A stretch of 57,539 nucleotides of DNA, filler included, from Dirinaria sp. TL-2023a (lineage: Eukaryota), in NCBI GenBank assembly GCA_051941275.1. It is 3 parts of 3 records of this genome, joined end to end, with 100 filler letters (N's around TTAATTAATTAA, not from the genome) between each part and the next. Parts side by side here need not be neighbours in the genome. Positions count along the whole stretch, not along the records: positions 38,451 to 57,539 come from JAVEBF010000352.1; 2 more parts are not named here. One strand, given 5' to 3'. A model generated the notes under the pieces. That model had not been told where the DNA came from. It made no database searches and worked only from the letters and a program-made list of their open reading frames with translations. Shown piece by piece: positions 49,958 to 57,539 of this stretch. Position numbers and translations under genes: made by a program. Position 1 is the first letter of the stretch; each line of letters opens with the position of its first letter.

Positions 49958-52900
49958 ATGGATCCAGTGACCGCTTTTAGTCTGGCTGCTGGTGTACTTC
50001 AGGTCGTGGACCTTAGCGTCCAAGCGCTTTCTACTTGTAAAGAGATATATGAAGACGGCTCCCTCGCTCAGCATCGCAAAACGGAGGAGCTCATCAACTA
50101 CTTAGGTTAGTGCAATCAAACTCGCCTCTGTTGACCCGATTGTTAGCTATATCTTGACATCTGGCACCAGCTGAAACGACTGAACGTCTTGAGAAGTCTG
50201 TTTCCCATGCACCCACACAAGCGACGAGCGAAAGTAGGGCCGTGGTCGACGTGTCAAGGAAATGCTCAGAAACAGCTGCAGAGCTTTGTTCCGAGCTCAA
50301 AAAATTGCGGCTCGATCCACAAGGCGGCCTACGTCAATCCATGAGCAAAAGTTTGCGCGCCATGCAGAAGAAAAAATTCTTAACCGAGTCGCAGGAGAAG
50401 CTCGACAAGTATCAAAATGTTCTTAATACCCGCATTTTATCGAAACTCGATACCCATGCGATCCAACAGATTGGAGAACTCCAAACTCTCGATCAGAGTG
50501 TCAAAGATCTTGCTCTTGCATTGAGCCAAGGTTTTAACACAGTTACGCAGTTGCTTGCTATCGAAACTGTACCGATTAAACAACACATCGATCGCCGTTT
50601 CGAGGATCAAGCACACAGTGAGGCTATACGAAGAGTTCAGAAGCAGTTCAAGGATGGCCTTTTCTTTCCGGAGATCTTCGCGCGACAGGACGATATTCCT
50701 AAGTCGCACGAGGGAACTTGTCATTGGATATTCGCTTCTAACAAAGTTGAAACTCGGGGCGAACTCCGGAGCGACTCTGACGTTGAAAGCAATCCTGAAA
50801 GCGCAAGAAGCCTGCCGTTGTCTGATTTCACTGACTGGCTTGAGAATGGTGCAGAGCCTTACTGGTAGGCATATTTTTGATTCAATCCCCGAGTTTCCAA
50901 GCGACTTTCCTGGGAACTTAAGTAGTTATCAAGAAACAGGATGCTTGATATATTTAGCCTGGCGAAACCATTCAAGTATTGAGCAAATGGCAAGGCTGAT
51001 GTGAATTATAGGTTAAGTGGCAAACCAGGATCTGGTAAATCTACGCTTATGAAATATATTTCGACAGAGTTTCGTGAATTTTGTCAATCGAACGCGGTCC
51101 TGTCTCCATGGGCCGATGGGGAAAATCTCGTAGTGTGCTCGTTCTTCTTCTGGAACATTGGCAGTCCGTTGCAGAAAAACTACGTTGGTCTTCTAAGATC
51201 TTTACTATATCAGATTGCCGAGCAGCGGCCCGATCTCGTACCAATTATGATCGGTGAAGAGGCGACACAGATTTCCAAGATGAGTGAAGCTCGTGAATCT
51301 GTGTCCATGTACGCGTGGACTAAAGAGCGCCTCGATGATGCTTTGCGACGGTTCCTAGCACAAAAACCTCCATCAACCAGGGTCTGCATGTTCATCGATG
51401 GTCTCGATGAATTTGTAGGCGATGAAGACTCTCTAATGAATACCGTTCGCCTATTGAGCCGCACATCACGTACCAAAGTGTGTGTATCGAGCCGTCCCGA
51501 GCAGATATTCCGACAAGGCTTTGCAAATTTACCGCAATTAAAGCTACAGGATCTTAATAGGCGTGATATACAGCAGGCAACGCGCGAGCGATTAGGTTCA
51601 GTGCTTAAGGAGCATTTTCCGCAACTGGACCCTGAGATCGATAATTTGGTGCAAGAGGTGACCTACAGGTCTGAAGGTATATTCCTTTGGGCCGATCTGA
51701 TAATCAAAGATCTCAAGAGAGGGTTGCGCAACGAGGACAATATGCAAGAGCTTTGTAAGCGGTTGGACGACATGCCAGGCACGGTCCAGGGCGTATACGA
51801 GCATATGCTGAATCGCTTGGACAAGCCTTATTTTCGAGAAGCTACCAAGTACTTTCACTTCTTAATGGCATATCAGCATTTTTCCACGTTCTCGCCCGTA
51901 TTCTATGCAAGCCCGACTTTGCTGCATTTTGCTTGTGTAGAAGAGACGGTGTGCGAATATGACTTAAGCAAAGACCGTACACGCTTCGAGTCTTTCAACT
52001 TTCATGAGTCCTGTAATAAGCTCGAGACGCGAATCTTGACGCGCTGCGCCGGGTTTCTCGAAATAGATGACTCTCGGAAACCATACATTGAGGGAGTCGG
52101 CAATGCAAGCGTCAGGACGCGGACTAGTCAAAGACAAGAGAATGTTTCGCGCCATTTGCGTGAAGTGAGATTCATCCATAAGACCGTCGTGGAATTCTTG
52201 CAAAGTCATACGGATTTTCTTCAGCATCCAGATTGGCAATTATCAGCGTGTGTTGCCGCACTTCGCAGCGCATTAAGAGTAGCGAGCTTGGCGCCAATCG
52301 CTATATCCGAGGAAAATACCTATTTCCCCAGGCGTGCTCTCCTACAAAATGAATTTGTTCTTGCAATTTTACATCCGTATCGAGATATCGGCCAGGCTCT
52401 GCTTCAGCTCGCTGATCAAACATATAATACGTGGAAATACATTGAGACAAGTCTCAATGAGTCAGAGAGCTCCTTTTCTCGGTACAACACTCTGCAGGAT
52501 TTCCTTTACGCCCAAGAAGGAGATTATCATCCTCCATTCCATGATCGTTTCGGGTTTGCTGCCTTCTTCGGTTTTTATAAATACCTCATGCAACATGTAT
52601 CAAAGAACATTTTCTCTGGGAAGGAGATAAACTATCTACTTTCATGCGCCGTTCTTGGCATTGATGCGTTTGTGTTTCAACATTCCCTCAAGCTGTCGTA
52701 TGTGATTTTGCTCGAGTATTTTGAAATCGTACTCCTGTTATTGCCCAGTTCAAGCAATGCAAACTTGTCTATTGAAATAGAAGGCATGCACGGCAGAGAT
52801 TCCCTGTGGTCAATTTTCATCAAAGCTTCATCACGAGTCCTAACAAAAAACCTTTACAGTGAAGTGGTCCTAAGGACAGGGGAGGGTTCACAGATTCTAA

Positions 52901-53391
52901 AGCTTTGGAAGGATACGGTGGCATCGTTCCTAAGCCGTGGCGCAGATGTTAATGCCGACTTAGCATACCGTGGCTTTTTCGTGCTCCGCTGGCAGGAGTC
53001 CAGATGTCCTGTGGTATTCGAAATAGAGGAAACGCCACTAGCTTTTGTAAAGGGCAGATTGGCTCATGTCAATGCCAGCCTTAGCAAAGAGATGGAACAT
53101 CTACTCACGTCATATAGTGGTCTCGAACGAATGTCTGTTCTCTCCATCGGTGAAGGATACAAGCCCTCCAGCGTGTGGATGCATCGCCTGACGCGAGAAC
53201 AGTCTCAACGTTTACTAAAAATGCAACCCTGGCGAATTGCGGATCTTAGGTATTGGCGTGGTCCAAGTGTAAGGGATGTAAAAGCAGACAATGCATGGCT
53301 TGTTGAACCGACTCCGGAAGCAGAAGAAGTTGTGAATCGAGTACTTGTTTACCTCGAAGAGGCCCGCTCTAAAGCTATGACTGAGACTTAG
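49958..53391 (+). CDS. NACHT-domain STAND/NLR-like protein with HeLo-like/SesA-type N-terminus, 1073 aa, introns 50106-50170 and 50865-51011
   Basis: N-terminus MDPVTAFSLAAGVLQVVDLS. Walker A WLSGKPGSGKSTLMK, FFFW...GLLRSLLYQI, Walker B FIDGLDE, CVSSRP and GIFLWA. The exons join in frame. Confidence 0.88.
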
Positions 53392-55015
53392 GCATCTAGT
53401 CCCCGAGTTTCAAAACATCAGTACGCCGGGATATTCACCAGGATAGAATATCTCACGTCTTGGAGCTAGATACACCGAGTCATCCGCGGAGTCTCCACGC
53501 TCCACCAGGGAACATTATGTCGACCTCTACATTGCCCATGAAAAAGGTTTTAGAAGATCTCCGTGACCCAAACATCCAATTACGAACCTCATATATGATC
53601 CTACTGTTCTGAACACTGTATATACGTGGAAGGAGGATATTCACCTATTTTTCCGCTCTATCTTCTATATAGTCCAAAATCACAGCGGCAATAACCAGAG
53701 AAGTTCAAGAAACGATCTATGCTACCTTCAAATCCTTATCTCTCTGTGTTTCTGCCAGGCCAAAGTGCTTTGGAAGCAGCCTGTTCTATTTTGGCAGCCC
53801 GAAAAAGAGCTTATTGAAAGGCTTCGACCAGTTAATGCTACGCACGCAATGGGCGATGGATTCAATGTCTGCCAGTCTGATATTTAGAAAATCTTCGGAA
53901 GGGGCCTATTCAGACTGAATCGCAGTGTGCATTACTGATTCACTCCTGGCACACAGCAGATATGCATAAGTAGCCCCAACTGCTTTGCCACTCTGTTTAG
54001 ATTAGATACACGGCCGCTGTTACTGAGAGCTCGAGGAGTCCAAGATCTACGTACAAGGTCTCATATTAACCCCCTTCGCATGATACGCAGGTACAGCGCT
54101 TTGGTCTCTCTTGCGGGTACTTACGTACTCTTCTGGCCTCATGATGCGCCGCAAGAAGTATAGGAAGAGTCGATCTAGACATGAAAGCTTGAAAAAGCAG
54201 AGAGCAGGCTTCACATTCAAAGAAATCATGTTCAAGTACATGAGCACGAGCAAAAACCCCGATGCAGACCGTTAGAGTTAGTCCTTGAATGCTTCTTGCA
54301 ATTACTCTAGGGAAAATGGTCATGATTCAACGATTCCTTTGGCTCAAGAATATTCCCATGGTATATTTTCTAGATTTTCAACCCAGATTTACGAGAATCA
54401 GCTCTTTCTTGCGTCTGCTTTTCCTCCATCTCAGTGTTGGAATCTGGAAGCGTTTTTTGGAGAGAAATGAAGATGTGCAATAAGGCGGGATGCTTGCGTC
54501 ATCCCTAGGCTCTATTACTGTACGATATCATATACAGAATGCCAAAGAGACATCAACCAAATTCAGAATGTCGACTACCAAGCAGTGATATCTGACCTCA
54601 ATCAAGCTATCTCTGCCTTAATCAACTGTTACTAGGCAGAAAATAGTGAAGCGTGGGACGAAAGGGGAAGATAAGCTGCAGTAGCGAGTCATCGAAGTAT
54701 TTCCTTCAGGTCGACACTGCTCGACATTAACACTAGGTTAGCACTATGTGGCTTTTCGTAGGCAATGTTGGACTGCTGAGACGACTGAACTTTCAGGATA
54801 TTTTCAAATGTTTTATACTCTGGATTTAGATCTGACGAGATAGCAAGACGTCGGAATTAAATTGGGAGCGAAGAATTTTAAGTGCTGAGAAACAGGGTTA
54901 GCTCAGGCTTCTATTCCGTATCCAGCTAGCCACTGCTCGGCAGCTGTCACAGCGAGTTGTGCAACGCCTCGACAACAAAGTGGAGTAATCGCGGGACCAT
55001 GGTAAGATTACGACA

Positions 55016-56585
55016 ATGATAGGTGAAGTTGTGGCCACGGCTTGCCTAATATGGTACGTCTTCATTCTAATAGTATGCACCATAGGCGTTGTTCAATTGT
55101 ACTGCTTTTCCTTCAATAGTGTCAAGCTACCTTGACTGATACGAAATCAGAAAACGATACTTCTCCTCACGCCCTTCTCCATCCCTATCCCCGAACTTTA
55201 CACTACTTCACGTCCCACATGTCACAATCATCCGGCCCGTCAAAGGTCTTGAGCCTCACCTCTATGAATGCCTCTCAGCTACGTTTCAGCAAACATACCC
55301 CAAAGCGAAGCTCACTATAAATCTCTGTGTGCCGTCGCGGGATGATCCAGCATTCTCCATCCTCGAATCGTTGCTGCAGGAGTATCCACGGTTCGATGCG
55401 AAGATTTTGATTGAGGAAGATGATGTTTATATCAGCAGACGGGATGGGTCTGCTCGCCCGCTCGGACCTAACCCCAAAATCCGGAACATGAGCCGTGCGT
55501 ATAGGGAAGCCAAAGGCGACATCATCTGGATCGTTGACTGCAATGTATGGGTATCTCGCTCTACCTGCGCTCAAATGGTCGATTCCCTATGCGGGTTTCC
55601 CGCCAATTCGAAGAAGTACAAGTTCGTGCATCAGCTACCACTTGTGGTCGATATCTCCGAGGACTCCGAGTCCAAGAGCCACAATTTGAATCCCACAATG
55701 GCCAAAGCGGGTAGCATGCTGGAGGAACTCTTCCTATCGACCGCACACGCGAAGTTTTACACGGCTATCAGTACAATGGCGGTCGCCCCGTGCACAGTCG
55801 GCAAATCGAACATGTTCCGACGTTCTCATCTGAATGCCCTCACTGACCTGCCCAACGCGCAACATGGACCTGGGATCGACTACTTTAGCTCCAATATCTG
55901 CGAGGACCATCTTATTGGCGATCTGCTATGGAAAAACCCTGTCCCTGCCTCTATCATTCAAATCGCTTCCAGAGAAGGCGGCCAGAACGACGCGAAGCAA
56001 GAGAAATGGGGTAACCACGCCATCTTGCCACGCTCGCTAGCGATACAGCCTATGGCCGGTGTGCGACTGGGAACTTATTTAGCCCGCCGCACACGTTGGC
56101 TGCGCGTCCGCAAGTTCACCGTCCCTGCGGCTACCTTCGTCGAGCCTGGTACAGAATCTCTTCTTTGTTCTCTATATGGTGCCTACAGCCTAACATCTCT
56201 CGGATTTTGCAAGTCCATCTTGGGTATCCCACCAACATGGACCGCCTTTTGGCTCATCTTCACAACTAGCGTCTTCTGTTGGATGCTAGTCGATAGGTAT
56301 GTTTGGAACTTGCTGCAGTCTGGTGCGACCTTTGGAGGCCAGGAGGGCGAGCCAAGGTTCATGGAGAAGGTAGAGAGGAAGAGGAGGAGGTGGAGAGAGA
56401 GGATTTGGGCATGGATTGGCCGAGAGGTGTTGGCCGGGGTTGTGTGGGTTTGGGCCGTTTGTGGGGGTGTAGAGATTGGCTGGCGAGGGCGAAGTTTTCG
56501 GGTTGGATGGGACGCCAGCGTCGTTGAAATACCCAATCAAGACGCGAAGCACGCTGCTGTCAATCGATTGAACAGGCTTGATTAA
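55016..56585 (+). CDS. GCS1: Ceramide glucosyltransferase (glucosylceramide synthase, GT21), intron 55099-55150
   Basis: N-terminal TM helix, then PHVTIIRPVKGLEP, GPNPKIRN, DIIWIVDCNVW, VGKSNMFRR, ICEDHLIG and RRTRWLRVRK motifs. Confidence 0.92.
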
Positions 56586-57539
56586 GAGCCACGAGGCGTT
56601 GTAAGATTACATTGGCGATGTAAGCGAACCTTTTGACGCAGATATTTAAAAAAATTTTTTTTTAGACAATTGTACTCAACGACGTCCGCTTTCTTAGCTC
56701 ACCTTCGCACCCATCGAGACATGAAGTTCTCGTTTTTCTGTGCATCCGCCGGCACACCTTTACCACTCCAAGTCTCTCAAAGCCCTTCCTTCCTATCCAG
56801 CACAAGCATTTCATTTCAAACCACGCTTTCCCATCCCTCATTTTGATATACTTTGCACTCCAAACCCTGCTACTCGCGTCCTAGAGCCATTTTCCAAGCC
56901 ACGCATATTCAGCTCCCTGCTAATATTCCCACACACACGAACGCACTACGCTATGGCAACATGCACTTTGTGTTCACTATGCCGGATCAAAGTCAGAAGC
57001 GGTGTTACGGATGTTCGCTGAGGCTCTTTTGTTGCCTTTTATTGAGGCTTAAGGTTTGTGCGCGGGCTAGAAATGCGCTTGGATTGGAATTGTTGCCGTC
57101 GATGGATAGTGAATTCGGGTTGCGAGTATGGAGCGAGGGTAGTGGCTGCGTAAGGTAGAGGGATAAGGAAATGCTAAGAGCGGCGGCGCGTGGACGATGT
57201 ATTTTATAGTACACTGGGGTTTCTTCGGTTTATTCGCTTTTGGTGTTTATGAGTAATTTTGCGGAGATATTTTGGGATCGTGGAATCAGAAGAAATGTAT
57301 GGGCGGAGGTTGAATAAATAGAGCGGGAGGGTTTTTATATCATGGCGCGCTTTTAGGGTATACTGTCGCTACTCTAGGGATGACGGCAGGAAGTTGGAAA
57401 AGATATATGGTAACAATCACTCTACGGTGTCAGGCTGTTTCATTTCTAGCATATGCTCTTTCCACGGTTCCGACTTGTCCACTAAGCTGGATGAGTACTT
57501 TGGCAGGATTCCTGCGATTTTTGATTCAGCAGCTTACCA

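Noticed and set aside
50886..53411. 12-nt direct repeat TCCCCGAGTTTC flanking the NACHT last exon
   Set aside because: Many 12-mer matches are expected by chance in 57 kb, and there are no terminal inverted repeats or other mobility signs.

Overview
Gene-dense eukaryotic DNA from a filamentous ascomycete, probably Eurotiomycete-like. The evidence is short GT-AG introns with CTRAY-type branch sites and typical fungal housekeeping genes. About 20 intron-containing protein genes can be reconstructed by hand: a small 85-aa hypothetical gene, PPX1, a DUF4048-like protein, a Sid1-type STE20/GC kinase, DLD2, proteasome alpha4 (PRE6), a CHY zinc-finger protein, a WD40 + inositol 5-phosphatase, a DUF676-like lipase, a Clg1/Pcl-type cyclin, VPS2/DID4, FZO1, an Aro80-like Zn2Cys6 factor, a gap-truncated AMP-binding protein, two tandem F-box-like paralogs, a conserved hypothetical (probably mitochondrial) protein, IMG1/bL19m, ERG7, a HeLo-like/NACHT NLR-type gene and glucosylceramide synthase. 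There are two artificial 100-nt assembly gaps (N44-TTAATTAATTAA-N44). I found no convincing tRNA, rRNA, transposon or CRISPR, and no clearly novel multi-gene system. The best accessory candidates are the repeat-less NLR-like gene lodged between ERG7 and GCS1 and the deeply diverged tandem F-box-like pair. All family assignments come from motif recognition by eye, not from database searches.
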